The notes: a model not told the origin generated them from the letters alone. A stretch of DNA of 64,000 nucleotides from SAR202 cluster bacterium Io17-Chloro-G4 (GCA_002816455.1 MUCR01000018.1:1855-65854); one strand, 5' to 3'; shown: positions 25,838 through 35,999, counted from the first letter of the stretch. Numbers and translations are program-made.

Positions 25838-26551
25838 TCAGAGGTGAATCGGGAGATTCCGGCTAAGAGTTATCGACTTTTCCGTTACTCGGCAGCTATA
25901 AGCGTAAACTTCGACCCCTGCGGCGAAGCTGTCTCTCAGAGCGGCGCCGAACACGGGATCTGCAACGTCGTGGGTAGCGACGGCCTCGCAGTCGTCTCGT
26001 TGGACCACGAAAATCGCAGCGGCCCGATGGCCAGATTCCACTGCCTCTGCCAGGCTGTGCATGTGCTTAGCGCCCCGTAACGTTGGAGCGTCAGGAAACA
26101 GTCCTACACCGTCGACTACCAGAGTAACCGACTTCGTCTCCAGGTAGCAACGCCCTGCTGGGCTTTCCAGCATGAAATCAAGGCGGCTCTCACCGAAGGT
26201 CACTTCCCGGCGAACGTCCGGGTACTCGGCGAATTGGTCAAGATGGCCTTGGACCAGCGCTTCTTCCACTAGGGTATTGGGCAACCTGGCGTCGGCGGAA
26301 GCAAGAGTAGTACCCAAGTCCACCAACGCAAGGTCGAATTTTGTCTTGCGGTGTTCTCCTGGTTGAGGCTTGAGGAGCACCCGATAGCCCGGCACCAGTA
26401 ATTCGCGCATGCGGCCCGAGTTGGCCACATGGACTCCGGTTTCCTTTCCGTTTACGTCCACCAAGGCCAGGAACCGGTTCAGCCTTGCTTTGAACCTGCC
26501 TTCCACCAAATCGCCGGGATAGTCCAACAGCATCACTCTCGGCATGAGCAA
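25838..26551 (-). CDS. sfsA: SfsA family nuclease / sugar fermentation stimulation protein
   Basis: GRFKARLNRFLALVDVNG...VHVANSGRM. TTG at 26551 or ATG at 26545 could be the start. Confidence 0.85.
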   Translation of the reverse strand: MLMPRVMLLDYPGDLVEGRFKARLNRFLALVDVNGKETGVHVANSGRMRELLVPGYRVLLKPQPGEHRKTKFDLALVDLGTTLASADARLPNTLVEEALVQGHLDQFAEYPDVRREVTFGESRLDFMLESPAGRCYLETKSVTLVVDGVGLFPDAPTLRGAKHMHSLAEAVESGHRAAAIFVVQRDDCEAVATHDVADPVFGAALRDSFAAGVEVYAYSCRVTEKSITLSRNLPIHL

Positions 26552-26793
26552 GTATAAGGCGCATATCTAGGAGCGCTGGCTCCCGACGCCGATTCATGGT
26601 AACAAGGGCCAAGTCCGGCGGGCAACTCACGTGTGGGCGCAATTTACCCGCTCGGCGAAGGACATTGACGGGCCAAAAAATCTAGCTTCCACACGATGAC
26701 TTAATGCTATCATTGGAACCGTAGACGGCGGGAAGCGTAAAGGGCGGGAACCGTAATTATCGCGCTCGGACTTCCGCGCCCAGGATTGACGAA

Positions 26794-27630
26794 ATGGTCC
26801 AGTTTTCAACACGTTTGGAGCAAGCCAGTGAAGCCACCCAGAGCTTGGTGTGCGTTGGTCTCGACCCAGACGCGAGCCGCATGCCGGTAGACGACGTTTT
26901 CGAGTTTAACCGGGCTATTGTGGACGCCACCAAGGACTTGGTATGCGCATACAAGCCCAATGCCGCATTTTACGAGGCGTTGGGTTTGCCAGGTCTGGAT
27001 GCAATGGCGCGCACCGTTGCTTACATCCACGAAACCGCTCCACAGGCGGTGGTTATCGGCGACGTGAAACGGGGGGACATTGGCCCATCGGGTCAATCCT
27101 ATGCCAAAGCCTCATTCGAAGTGTGGGGTTTTGACGCCGTAACCGTTAATGCTTGGGGCGGCCTGGATTCGGTGGAACCTTTCATCTCGGACGGGGAGCT
27201 CGGAATCTTTGTCTGGTGCCGTGGCTCCAATCCCGGCTCCGCAGACATACAAGACTTGATGGTGGACACTCCTCAGGGCAAGATCCCCCTATATCAGCAT
27301 CTGGCGGGATCCTGCCGGGAGTGGAACACTGCACAGAATGTAGGATTAGTAGTTGGCGCCACTTACCCGGATCAACTAGAAGCTGTCCGCAATATCTGCC
27401 CTGACATGCCCATACTCATACCCGGCGTGGGGGCTCAGGGCGGCGACTTAGAGTCGGCCGTACGTTTGGGCACCGACAATAGGGGGAGGCTGGCCGTGAT
27501 CAGCTCTTCCAGGGGAATAATTTACGCCTCCAGCGGCCGCGACTTTGCCGAGCGGGCGAGAGCTGAAGCCGCGGCGATGCGCCTAAAGATAAACGAGACA
27601 CTGACGATTGAAGGCTTGGGATGGCCTTAA
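26794..27630 (+). CDS. pyrF: orotidine 5'-phosphate decarboxylase (type 2)
   Basis: Motifs LVCVGLDPD, AYKPNAAFYEA, IGDVKRGDIG and PGVGAQGG. Confidence 0.9.
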   Translation: MVQFSTRLEQASEATQSLVCVGLDPDASRMPVDDVFEFNRAIVDATKDLVCAYKPNAAFYEALGLPGLDAMARTVAYIHETAPQAVVIGDVKRGDIGPSGQSYAKASFEVWGFDAVTVNAWGGLDSVEPFISDGELGIFVWCRGSNPGSADIQDLMVDTPQGKIPLYQHLAGSCREWNTAQNVGLVVGATYPDQLEAVRNICPDMPILIPGVGAQGGDLESAVRLGTDNRGRLAVISSSRGIIYASSGRDFAERARAEAAAMRLKINETLTIEGLGWP

Positions 27631-27839
27631 ACATAAAAATCGGCGACGTCCTGCGCATGAAGAAAGCTCATCCCTGTGGGGGACACCTGTGGGAAGTTGG
27701 GAGATTGGGGGCGGATATCGGCATCACCTGCCAGACCTGCCACCGCCACCTGCTGCTGGCCAGGTCCTACCTGGAGCGCCGGGTGCGTGAAGTCCTGCCT
27801 CGATCAGTGGCAGACAGGGATAGCTCCCAGGTGGAATGA
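27621..27839 (+). CDS. DUF951-family small protein
   Basis: IGDVLRMKKAHPCGGHLWEV...ITCQTCHRHLLL. Overlaps the pyrF stop by 10 nt. Confidence 0.75.
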   Translation: MALNIKIGDVLRMKKAHPCGGHLWEVGRLGADIGITCQTCHRHLLLARSYLERRVREVLPRSVADRDSSQVE

Positions 27840-27906
27840 ATTGTCTCCGCAGAAATTAGAAATGTAATATCGGAAGAAAAAAACCAGGCAAGGTCATCGG
27901 CCACCT

Positions 27907-28863
27907 TTACGGCTCTCGGCTTGCAGGGGCCATTTCTCCTTCACCAGTTTGCGGTCCCTGCCAAACCCACGGCTCCGGATGGAAACGCCGAAGGTCCTCT
28001 TCCATGGTGTCGATAAAGTTTCTCACGGCTCGGCCCAAGAACTTACCCCTTAGCGTGCACACCCCTATTTCCGAGCTTGGGAAGATATGGTCCAAACGCA
28101 CGACCCCAAACCGGTAATGGTCTTCGGCGTGAAGGGTGAAGTCGTTACTGACGGCCACACCCATGCCAATTTCCACATATCTCTTTATCGACTCGCTATC
28201 GTCCATTGCAAGAATTACGTCGAAGTTGACGCCTTCGACTTTCAACGCTTGCTCCACCTTCATCCTGGTCAAAGCGCCGGGACCTGGCAAAATCATAGGG
28301 AATTCAGCTATATCCTTTAGTTCGATGCCGGATTTATTTATCAACGGGTGTCCAGGAGGGGTGAGCAATATCACATTGTAGGTAAATAGCTGTTCGAATT
28401 CGAGGGCTACCTCATCGGGTGGCGGTGGCGAACATAACGCCAAGTCAATTTCACCAGACCTGACGAGCTGTATCAGCGGTGTATAGGAACGGGCCAAAAG
28501 CCGAAGCCGGACATCGGGGTACTCTGCATTGAAAGTCTGGATACTCTTTGGTAAGTGATGCAAGACCAGATCGGGATAAGCTCCGACCACAAACGAGCCT
28601 CGCCGCTCGGAATAGTTCATCTGGGTCTTTAGCGTGTCAACAGCTTCCACCACCGGTGTGACCAACTCCAGTAAGGTCATGCCTTCTGAGGTCAACTGAA
28701 TAGGCCGCTTAATCCGGTCGAAAAGCGTAACTCCGAACTCATCTTCCAGTTTCCGCAGGTGGGTGGTCACGGTAGGCTGGCCCAACTCCAGATTCCGTGC
28801 TGCCTTGGAGACGCTTCGTAGCCGGGCTACGTGGTAAAAGCTAACCAATTCGCGAAGTTCCAT
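27907..28863 (-). CDS. LysR-family transcriptional regulator
   Basis: N-terminal wHTH LRSVSKAARNLELGQPTVTTHLRKLE followed by a substrate-binding domain. Confidence 0.9.
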   Translation of the reverse strand: MELRELVSFYHVARLRSVSKAARNLELGQPTVTTHLRKLEDEFGVTLFDRIKRPIQLTSEGMTLLELVTPVVEAVDTLKTQMNYSERRGSFVVGAYPDLVLHHLPKSIQTFNAEYPDVRLRLLARSYTPLIQLVRSGEIDLALCSPPPPDEVALEFEQLFTYNVILLTPPGHPLINKSGIELKDIAEFPMILPGPGALTRMKVEQALKVEGVNFDVILAMDDSESIKRYVEIGMGVAVSNDFTLHAEDHYRFGVVRLDHIFPSSEIGVCTLRGKFLGRAVRNFIDTMEEDLRRFHPEPWVWQGPQTGEGEMAPASREP

Positions 28864-28888
28864 GCGGTCTGCCCCCCAGCGTATCGCC

Positions 28889-28913
28889 GTGTTTGATATA
28901 ATATATCACACAC
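28889..28913. promoter_or_regulatory. 25-bp near-perfect palindrome, probable LysR-type operator
   Basis: GTGTTTGATATA-A-TATATCACACAC (11/12 per half-site), located in the divergent LysR-ferredoxin intergenic region. Confidence 0.5.
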
Positions 28914-29033
28914 TATAACTTGACAAAATACCATAGTAAAAATAAGAATTGGGGTAAGGGTCGAGTCCCATGTGAGACGCGTCGGCCTTTTGTGGAGCGC
29001 CGGGGAATACCAAGTTCCCGCATATTGGACAGC

Positions 29034-29285
29034 ATGCCGTTCATCATTACTGAACCTTGCATCGATGTAAAAGATGCCACCTGTGTGGACGTATGTCCGG
29101 TGGACTGCATACACACAACCGACGAAGACAAAATGTTTTTCATTGATCCGGTGGCTTGCATAGATTGTGCCTACTGCGAGTCGGTTTGCCCGGTCAATGC
29201 CATTTTCGACGAGTTCACCGTTCCCGCCAAATGGCGGGAATACATCCGTAAGAATAGGGAGTTCTTTGCCAACGGTAAACGTTAG
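29034..29285 (+). CDS. ferredoxin (two Fe-S cluster motifs)
   Basis: MPFIITEPCIDVKDATCVDVCPVDCI...CIDCAYCESVCPVNAI. The start at 29034 is set by family N-terminus; the RBS is weak. Confidence 0.8.
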   Translation: MPFIITEPCIDVKDATCVDVCPVDCIHTTDEDKMFFIDPVACIDCAYCESVCPVNAIFDEFTVPAKWREYIRKNREFFANGKR

Positions 29286-29540
29286 TCACCTCCCTCTCCC
29301 ACACCTAAGATCGGATTTCATTTTTAGTTCCCCCAACTGGCTTTCCTCTTCAACTTTTTGGGTCGTCTTCCTATGCCCACGCCTAGAAGCGGTCCGAATC
29401 GCCATGCCATGGTTTCGGTCAGATAGTTTAGCTGCCAGTTGGTACCGTAAGCGAAGGCGATTATTGCCAGTGGCAAGGCCCCAAGATACACTAAGGCCCG
29501 GTATCCGCAGCATGTTCGATCCCCGGAGGTCTAGAGAATA

Positions 29541-30494
29541 ATGGCTTTATTTTTAAAAGACGATGACGTGCGCCAATGCGTTTCGATGGACGAAATGCTT
29601 GATGCAATCGAAACGATGCAGCGGCATTACGGCAACGGAGAAGCTTACAACTTGCCCCGGCGCAAGATTATCGCAAGCGGTGGCATGCTTTCTGTAATGG
29701 GCGGAGGCCTTTACTACCAAGGCCTGCTTGGAGTAAAAACCTACACGGTGGTCAAAGGGACTTATTCTTTTCAAGTCAGCTTATATGACGCCGAGACGGG
29801 CAAACTCGTTTGCTACACCCAGGCCAATAGGTTAGGCCAGTTACGGACCGGCGCCACTTCCGGGGTGGCTGTAAGGCACCTAGCCAAATCCCACGCAACA
29901 ACCATCGGCATCATAGGGACAGGCGGTCAAGCCCCGACACAGCTTGAGGCGGTATCCAAAGTCCGAAACATCAAGAAAGTGCTAGCTTATAGTCGCAATA
30001 CCGAACGGCGGGAAGCTTTCGCTCGCTCTGCTAGCGAAACTTTGGGAATCGACGTCGAAGCTGCCGAAAGCAATCGTGAAGCGATTGAGGGCGCCGACAT
30101 CATTATCTGCATAGCCGCGACCACGACGCCGGTATTGGAAGGCGACTGGCTATCCGATGGGAGCACTGTCATCGGCGCCGGACCCACCAGTTGGCGCCAC
30201 CAGGAAGTAGACGACGCCACGTTCTCCAAGGCCGACAAGATTTTCGTCGATTCTCCCGAACAGGCCACCGTGGAGGCGGGCGACATGGCCAGCGCTGTAG
30301 ACCGGGGCCTGCTGCAGTGGAGTCAATTATTGGAGTTGCGCCATGCCGTGGCTGGCAAGGTCAAGGGCCGGGAAAACGACCAGCAGATTGTCTACGCCAA
30401 GCTCATGGGCACGGGTGTTGCGGATGTGGCGGCGGCTGCCCTAGCCTACGAGAAGGCCAAGGCTAAAGGAGTTGGAATGGAGATGGACTGGTAG
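29541..30494 (+). CDS. ornithine cyclodeaminase / mu-crystallin family protein
   Basis: Motifs LRTGATSGVA and IGIIGTGGQA; 317 aa. Confidence 0.85.
   Translation: MALFLKDDDVRQCVSMDEMLDAIETMQRHYGNGEAYNLPRRKIIASGGMLSVMGGGLYYQGLLGVKTYTVVKGTYSFQVSLYDAETGKLVCYTQANRLGQLRTGATSGVAVRHLAKSHATTIGIIGTGGQAPTQLEAVSKVRNIKKVLAYSRNTERREAFARSASETLGIDVEAAESNREAIEGADIIICIAATTTPVLEGDWLSDGSTVIGAGPTSWRHQEVDDATFSKADKIFVDSPEQATVEAGDMASAVDRGLLQWSQLLELRHAVAGKVKGRENDQQIVYAKLMGTGVADVAAAALAYEKAKAKGVGMEMDW
30433..30491 (+). repeat. left copy of a about 60-bp imperfect direct repeat (3' end of the OCD gene)
   Basis: Encodes AAALAYEKAKAKGVGMEMDW. It aligns with 31230..31289, which encodes AAALAYEKAKGMRVGLEMDW. Confidence 0.75.
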
Positions 30495-30516
30495 GTAGCG
30501 CTCTGAAAACCTTGCT

Positions 30517-30545
30517 TTGACATATTTATGTCATCTATATATGAT
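30517..30545 (+). promoter_or_regulatory. vapBC promoter with operator palindrome, probably giving a leaderless mRNA
   Basis: TTGACA-N17-TATGAT, with the ATG 7 nt after the -10 box. The palindrome TGACAT-ATTT-ATGTCA overlaps the -35 box. Confidence 0.55.
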
Positions 30546-30552
30546 TTGATAT

Positions 30553-30807
30553 ATGAGAACCACAATTAGATTGGACGACCAGCTTCTCACCGAAGCTAAG
30601 TTACTCGCCGCCTCCACAGGGCGTAGCCTCACATCGGTTATCGAAGACGCTCTGCGGGAGATGTTAGCACGTAGGCAAAAATCAGGCCGCCAGGAACCGA
30701 TCAAGTTGAAGACCGTCCCTGGGAAGCTTCTGCCGGGAATCGACCTAGACGATTCGGCGGCACTGCTTGATATCATGGAACAGAACGATGGACCTGCTCG
30801 ACGTTAA
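30553..30807 (+). CDS. vapB: VapB-type ribbon-helix-helix antitoxin
   Basis: MRTTIRLDDQLLTEAKLLAASTGRSLTSVIEDALREML. Confidence 0.8.
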   Translation: MRTTIRLDDQLLTEAKLLAASTGRSLTSVIEDALREMLARRQKSGRQEPIKLKTVPGKLLPGIDLDDSAALLDIMEQNDGPARR

Positions 30808-31219
30808 CGTATTGGTCTATGCCCACAAACAGGGCTCGCCAAACCATCGAGACTACCGCCTTTGGTTGGAAGAGTTAGTCCAGGGCGATGAGGCTTATGG
30901 AATATCCGATATTGTGTTGAGCGGTTTTCTTCGCATAGTTACTCATCCAAGCATTTTCCGCCCTCCCAGTGATATAGGCTCGGCATTGGAGTTCGCGACC
31001 CGGGTGCGGGAGCGGCCCAACTGCGTGCAAATATATCCAGGCCCCCGCCATTGGTCAATCTTCACCAGGCTTTGCCAACACGTTAGCGCCAAAGGCAACC
31101 TGGTTCCCGACGCCTACTTTGCCGCACTGGCGATTGAATCGGGCAGCGTATGGGTCACATCAGACAGGGACTACGGCAAATTCCCCGGCCTGAAGTGGCG
31201 GCATCCTCTCGGAAGCTGA
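30788..31219 (+). CDS. vapC: VapC PIN-domain toxin
   Basis: MDLLDVNVLVYA...VPDAYFAALAIESGSVWVTSDRDY. Overlaps the vapB stop. Confidence 0.85.
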   Translation: MDLLDVNVLVYAHKQGSPNHRDYRLWLEELVQGDEAYGISDIVLSGFLRIVTHPSIFRPPSDIGSALEFATRVRERPNCVQIYPGPRHWSIFTRLCQHVSAKGNLVPDAYFAALAIESGSVWVTSDRDYGKFPGLKWRHPLGS

Positions 31220-31229
31220 AAAAGCCTCG

Positions 31230-31289
31230 GCAGCCGCGCTAGCCTACGAGAAAGCCAAGGGTATGCGTGTTGGATTGGAGATGGACTGG
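31230..31289 (+). repeat. right copy of the direct repeat (relic OCD C-terminus)
   Basis: See 30433..30491. Here there is no stop after MDW, so the relic is non-functional. Confidence 0.75.
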
Positions 31290-31354
31290 AAGGCGGGGGT
31301 GGAATCTAACTGGAATCTACCTGTTATAGGCTGTGCAGACAAAAAGGATCGGGA

Positions 31355-31567
31355 TCATAGCAAATCTCTAAACTGTTCCTCAGATAAGCCGGCGTCACGC
31401 ACGATCCCACCCATCGTATACGCGTTTAGCGGATTATTGCGGGGAATGGTGAGGAATCGAACGCCATCGCTCATTATTATGTGCTTGCTCTGCCGTAAGA
31501 CTTGAAAGCCGGCTTTTTCCAACGCTTGCACGGCCCGGAGATGATTGACGCCGGGGATTCTTGGCAT
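31355..31567 (-). CDS. hicA: HicA-like mRNA interferase toxin
   Basis: 70 aa, AVQALEKAGFQVLRQSKHIIM...GGIVRDAGLSEEQFRDLL. Confidence 0.75.
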   Translation of the reverse strand: MPRIPGVNHLRAVQALEKAGFQVLRQSKHIIMSDGVRFLTIPRNNPLNAYTMGGIVRDAGLSEEQFRDLL

Positions 31568-31569
31568 AG

Positions 31570-31767
31570 CTAAACCGAGACTTCAACCTCTCTAACTTCT
31601 GCGCCATCTAAGGAATCTGTGATCGCCGCCAGATACTCCTGGATGGCATCCTTGATGTTTTCAATAGCTTCCAGCTCGCTTTCCCCCTGGGACCAACAGC
31701 CAGGCAAACCCGGGCAAGACACGCTGAAACCTTCGTCGGATTCCTGCAAAACGACTTTGTACCGCAT
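31570..31767 (-). CDS. hicB: HicB-like antitoxin (UPF0150 fold)
   Basis: AGAGGTG RBS. MRYKVVLQESDEGFSVSCPGLPGCWSQGESELEAIENIKDAI. Confidence 0.75.
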   Translation of the reverse strand: MRYKVVLQESDEGFSVSCPGLPGCWSQGESELEAIENIKDAIQEYLAAITDSLDGAEVREVEVSV

Positions 31768-31804
31768 TGTGTCACCTCTGCCCAATTATAACTGATGTTC
31801 CTGC

Positions 31805-34800
31805 CTAACCCCCGTCCAGGTACTCATCAATGCACTGCACGCTGTAGTTGCTGTGTTCCATTAGCAGGCTCTGCACAGCCGCTCGGGCTGTGTCCAGAGA
31901 CGTGAAGCAAGGCACCTGGCGTTCGGCGGCTGACCGGCGAATTAGGTAGCCATCCCGCAGTACCGAGCTCACTTCAGAGATGGTATTTATCACGGCCCCC
32001 ACGTTGCCGTCTTCGATTACATCCACTACGTTCGGATGGCCCTCTCCCATCTTTTTCGTGGTCATAGTGACCGGGACTCCCATTGCCGAGATCATGGCGG
32101 CAGTACCTTCAGTGGCGTAGAGTTGACAGCCAGCTTGGTCCAGTTCCAGAACCAGCGACGCAACCTCAGCCTTATGCTGGTCGGCTATGCTCAAAAGCAC
32201 CCCCATACCTGTTTCCAAACTGAGACCGGCGGCCATCAACGCCTTGGTGAGTGCATTGGGAAAGTCCCTGTCGATGCCCATGACTTCCCCGGTAGACTTC
32301 ATTTCCGGCCCAAGGTGCCAGTCCACGCCCACCAGCTTCACCATGGAAAACACCGGCGCCTTGATGCCAACCAGGTTTTGGGTAGGCCACAGCCCTCCCT
32401 CATAACCCTGCTCTTCCAGGCTTTGGCCCAGCATCACTCGAGTGGCAATGCGAACCACGGGGACCCCGGTAACTTTCGATATGAAGGGGATAGTCCTGCT
32501 GCCTCTAGGATTGACCTCCAGGACGTACACGGTGGTTGATTGACGCCCGTCGTTGCTCAAGAAAGGGCTCCGGTAAGGCGCACCGCCTTGAATCACAAAT
32601 TGGACGTTCATCAGGCCTCGCACTCCCAAGGCTACGCCGATTTGCGTTGTGTAATCAACAATGGCCGCGATCTCTTCATCGCTGAGGTTCAATCCCGGAT
32701 ATGTAGCCATGGAGTCGCCACTATGCACTCCAGCCCGCTCAATATGCTCCATGATGCCCGGAATCAACACCCGCTGGCCGTCGCAGATTGCGTCAACCTC
32801 GCACTCTTTGCCCTCCATATAATGGTCGATGAGTACCGGTTTATCCGAGGCTATTTCAGAAGCGACCGTTAAATAGCGAATTAATTCGGTGGCGTTTTGG
32901 ACGATCTCCATGGCCCTGCCTCCCAGCACATAGCTGGGCCGGACAACAGCGGGGTAGCCAATATTCTGGGCGACCGTGAGCGCCTCTTGCACCGAGCTCA
33001 CAGTGGCGCCCGGAGGCTGAGGGATACCCAAGCCGACCATGAACTCTTCAAACTTCTTCCGGTCCGAAGCTATGTCTATTGCCTCGGCGCTGGAACCTAA
33101 AATGGGCAGGCCGGCATTGCCAAGGGACTGGGACAGGTCGATGGCCGTTTGGCCGCCAAATTGCACCACCACAGGCGGCGGCTGGTCGTCTCCGGCCTCG
33201 TTATCCAGAATGTCTCTCAGTGCCTCTTCATCCAGAGGTTCAAAGTAGAGCCGGTCACTGGCGTCAAAGTCTGTTGATACCGTTTCGGGATTGGAGTTGA
33301 CCATGATGCTGGAATATCCTTCCTGGGAAAGAGCCCATGCGGCATGGACGCTACAGTAATCGAACTCAATTCCTTGACCGATTCTTATGGGGCCACTGCC
33401 TATGACCACCGCTTTTTTGCCGGGTAAAGGCGGCGCTTCATTTTCTTGGTCGTAGGTGCTGTAGTAATAGGGCGTAACTGCCTCGAATTCAGCGGCGCAG
33501 GTATCCACCATTTTGTAAACTGGGCGGATGTCCCACTGCAGGCGCTGGGTGCGCACCTGCTCCGGCAACATGTCCGCCAGGGTGCCCACCTGCTCGTCCG
33601 AGAAGCCCATGCGTTTGGCCCTCAGCAGCAAGTCGGGAGTCAGCGCCTCGGACAGCAATCGCCGCTCCATGGCCACGATGCGGGCCAAAGCATTGATGAA
33701 CCACGAGTCAACATGGGTTTTCCGGACCAGGGTTCCGGGACTCACATCCCGGCGGAGGGCCGCCATGAGGGCCCACACCCGAAGGTCGTTGGGCCCGATG
33801 GGCAGATCGTCCAAGGAGAATTTCTCCCGGGCGCTCCACGACTGGTCTTCCCACAGTAGGCTGCGGCCTCCCAGTTCCAAGGACCTGGTCGCTTTTTGCA
33901 AGGCGGCCTCGAAAGAACGGTCGATGACCATCACCTCTCCGGTGGCCTTCATTTGGGTGGTAGTTCTACGGTCGCCGTGGGGGAATTTGTCGAAGGGCCA
34001 ACGGGGGAACTTGACCACGCAGTAATCAAGGGCAGGTTCAAAGGCGGCCTGGGTCATGCCGGTGACCGCATTTGGGATTTCGTCTAGCCGCTTGCCCACC
34101 GCAATCTTTGCGGCGACCCTGGCGATTGGGTATCCCGTGGCTTTGCTGGCAAGGGCCGAGCTCCGGCTGACCCGTGGATTGACTTCAATAACGTAGTAAG
34201 GAGATTGGTGCTGGTCACCCATCCCCAAAGCTTCGTTCACCAAGGTGTGGGGTTGCAACGCAAACTGGACGTTGCAACCTCCCTCTATGCCCAGTCCGCG
34301 GATAATCCTCAGGCTGGCCGAGCGCAGCATCTGATAATCTTTGTCGGTCAAGGTCTGGCTGGGTGCGACCACGATGCTGTCCCCGGTGTGCACGCCCATT
34401 GGGTCCAGGTTTTCCATGTTGCATACGGTGATGCAGTTGTCGGCGCTATCCCGCATCACTTCGTACTCGATTTCCTTCCAGCCAACGAGGGACTGCTCCA
34501 GCAAGACTTGGGAAATGGGGCTTCGGGCCAATCCGTTGGCAGCGATTGTCTCAAACTCTTCCCAAGTCTCGGCTATGCCTCCCCCGGTGCCGCCCAAAGT
34601 GTAGGCGGGGCGAATCACCAAAGGCAAACCTAAATCTTTAGCTCGAATCCGGGCTTCTTCGATGGTGGACACCGACACGTTGTTGGGCTCGGGCTCGCCC
34701 AGTTCGTGGAGGAACTGGCGGAAGAATTCCCGGTCTTCGGACTTGCGGATTGTTTCCAGAGGAGTACCCAACATGCGGACGTTGTATTTTTCCAAAACGC

Positions 34801-35110
34801 CAGCGTCGGCCAATGCGACTGCCAAATTGAGGCCCGTCTGTCCGCCCAAGGTGGGCAAGATTCCGTCGGGCCGCTCTGTCTGGATGACCCGTTCTAAGAC
34901 TTCCACAGTGAGGGGTTCTATGTAGACCCGGTCGGCAATGCCTTGGTCGGTCATGATGGTCGCCGGGTTGGAATTTACGAGGACGGTGATGACGCCTTCT
35001 TCGCGAAGGGCTTTGCAGGCTTGGGTTCCGGCGTAGTCGAATTCGGCCGCTTGGCCAATAACAATAGGTCCGGAGCCAATGACTAGCACTTTTTCCGGCC
35101 TATCGGCCAA
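31805..35110 (-). CDS. carB: carbamoyl-phosphate synthase large subunit
   Basis: 1101 aa with duplicated ATP-grasp halves. [24 protein letters not shown] and [22 protein letters not shown] start with GAGGAG RBS. Confidence 0.97.
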   Translation of the reverse strand: MADRPEKVLVIGSGPIVIGQAAEFDYAGTQACKALREEGVITVLVNSNPATIMTDQGIADRVYIEPLTVEVLERVIQTERPDGILPTLGGQTGLNLAVALADAGVLEKYNVRMLGTPLETIRKSEDREFFRQFLHELGEPEPNNVSVSTIEEARIRAKDLGLPLVIRPAYTLGGTGGGIAETWEEFETIAANGLARSPISQVLLEQSLVGWKEIEYEVMRDSADNCITVCNMENLDPMGVHTGDSIVVAPSQTLTDKDYQMLRSASLRIIRGLGIEGGCNVQFALQPHTLVNEALGMGDQHQSPYYVIEVNPRVSRSSALASKATGYPIARVAAKIAVGKRLDEIPNAVTGMTQAAFEPALDYCVVKFPRWPFDKFPHGDRRTTTQMKATGEVMVIDRSFEAALQKATRSLELGGRSLLWEDQSWSAREKFSLDDLPIGPNDLRVWALMAALRRDVSPGTLVRKTHVDSWFINALARIVAMERRLLSEALTPDLLLRAKRMGFSDEQVGTLADMLPEQVRTQRLQWDIRPVYKMVDTCAAEFEAVTPYYYSTYDQENEAPPLPGKKAVVIGSGPIRIGQGIEFDYCSVHAAWALSQEGYSSIMVNSNPETVSTDFDASDRLYFEPLDEEALRDILDNEAGDDQPPPVVVQFGGQTAIDLSQSLGNAGLPILGSSAEAIDIASDRKKFEEFMVGLGIPQPPGATVSSVQEALTVAQNIGYPAVVRPSYVLGGRAMEIVQNATELIRYLTVASEIASDKPVLIDHYMEGKECEVDAICDGQRVLIPGIMEHIERAGVHSGDSMATYPGLNLSDEEIAAIVDYTTQIGVALGVRGLMNVQFVIQGGAPYRSPFLSNDGRQSTTVYVLEVNPRGSRTIPFISKVTGVPVVRIATRVMLGQSLEEQGYEGGLWPTQNLVGIKAPVFSMVKLVGVDWHLGPEMKSTGEVMGIDRDFPNALTKALMAAGLSLETGMGVLLSIADQHKAEVASLVLELDQAGCQLYATEGTAAMISAMGVPVTMTTKKMGEGHPNVVDVIEDGNVGAVINTISEVSSVLRDGYLIRRSAAERQVPCFTSLDTARAAVQSLLMEHSNYSVQCIDEYLDGG

Positions 35111-35152
35111 CGCTCAACTCCTCTAGCGCCCCAAGATTGGTGGACTAAACAT

Positions 35153-35192
35153 CCTAAAACCAGCTCGTACGTGAGCTGGTTTTAGGTTTTTT
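35153..35192 (+). terminator. 14-bp perfect hairpin plus T6 between the unknown gene and carB
   Basis: CCTAAAACCAGCTC-GTACGT-GAGCTGGTTTTAGG-TTTTTT. The T-run follows the stem only on the plus strand, which is antisense to the operon. Confidence 0.7.
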
Positions 35193-35262
35193 GGCTATCT
35201 AATCGGTCCGGTCACGGGCTGGATACCATAACAGCCAATCCATACTAGCTCCGCGCTTTGGA

Positions 35263-35697
35263 TCACTCCACCGGTAGAGCGCCGGGCAGATTGATAAGCC
35301 TGTGACGCTGAAGCGTGTTCAGCGTTTGCGAGACGAACGAGCCGAAAATGCGACCATCGGGGTCGTTTTCGTTCACTAATGCGACTTCTTCCCGGGAAGA
35401 AGATTCCGCGCCGCACCGGGGTGGAATCCTAATACTGACGTATTGGCCGTCCAGCTTTTCCAACTCGACTCGCCCAACGGGAAATAGCGCATGGTCGCCA
35501 CTGGCATGGTTTCCTGATTTGATCATCAGTTCCCAGCGCTTGCCAACAGTTCCCTTTCCCGATGTCACGCTGTAGTTATATCCATTGCAAGAAAAATAAG
35601 GGACCTCGCGGTCTAAGAGAGAAATAATTGCTGTGAGATCCGATGGCACCTCCACCTCCACACCCTCCTCCAACATACTCATGATGAAGGAAGACAT
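35263..35697 (-). CDS. hypothetical protein inserted between carA and carB
   Basis: 144-aa ORF with GGAGGT RBS 5 nt upstream. I recognise no domain. Flanked by about 300 nt and about 150 nt of non-coding DNA. Confidence 0.6.
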   Translation of the reverse strand: MSSFIMSMLEEGVEVEVPSDLTAIISLLDREVPYFSCNGYNYSVTSGKGTVGKRWELMIKSGNHASGDHALFPVGRVELEKLDGQYVSIRIPPRCGAESSSREEVALVNENDPDGRIFGSFVSQTLNTLQRHRLINLPGALPVE

Positions 35698-35999
35698 TGC
35701 CTACCTCCGAAAATTAAGACTATTGCGTCGGGGTTATAAAATCTCCAAAAACCGATCTGTTCATGGGCCTGTCAGATTTGGCCCCTCTTGGCCTGAGGCT
35801 GTGCCCTTTGAGCCCACTGCCGAAGAAATGAACTCAGACAGCATATCAAGGCTATTGGCTCTAGTTCCATCTCTGGGAAAACCAAAACGTCCCAATAATC
35901 GCGCTACTGACCAACTCTTGTCATAACCTGCCCTTTTTATCCTGCCCCGCCGCCAAATGTCGTCTTAAACTAAAAGCTTCGAAAAAATCTATACTTGGA

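Noticed and set aside
31263-31505. 80-aa plus-strand ORF
   Set aside because: Its 5' end is the relic duplicate of the OCD C-terminus, and the rest is antisense to hicA. It is not an independent gene.
35633-35926. 97-aa plus-strand ORF in the carA-carB spacer
   Set aside because: It overlaps the start of the better-supported minus-strand hypothetical gene, lacks an RBS and has low-complexity sequence. I left the 300-nt region uncalled.
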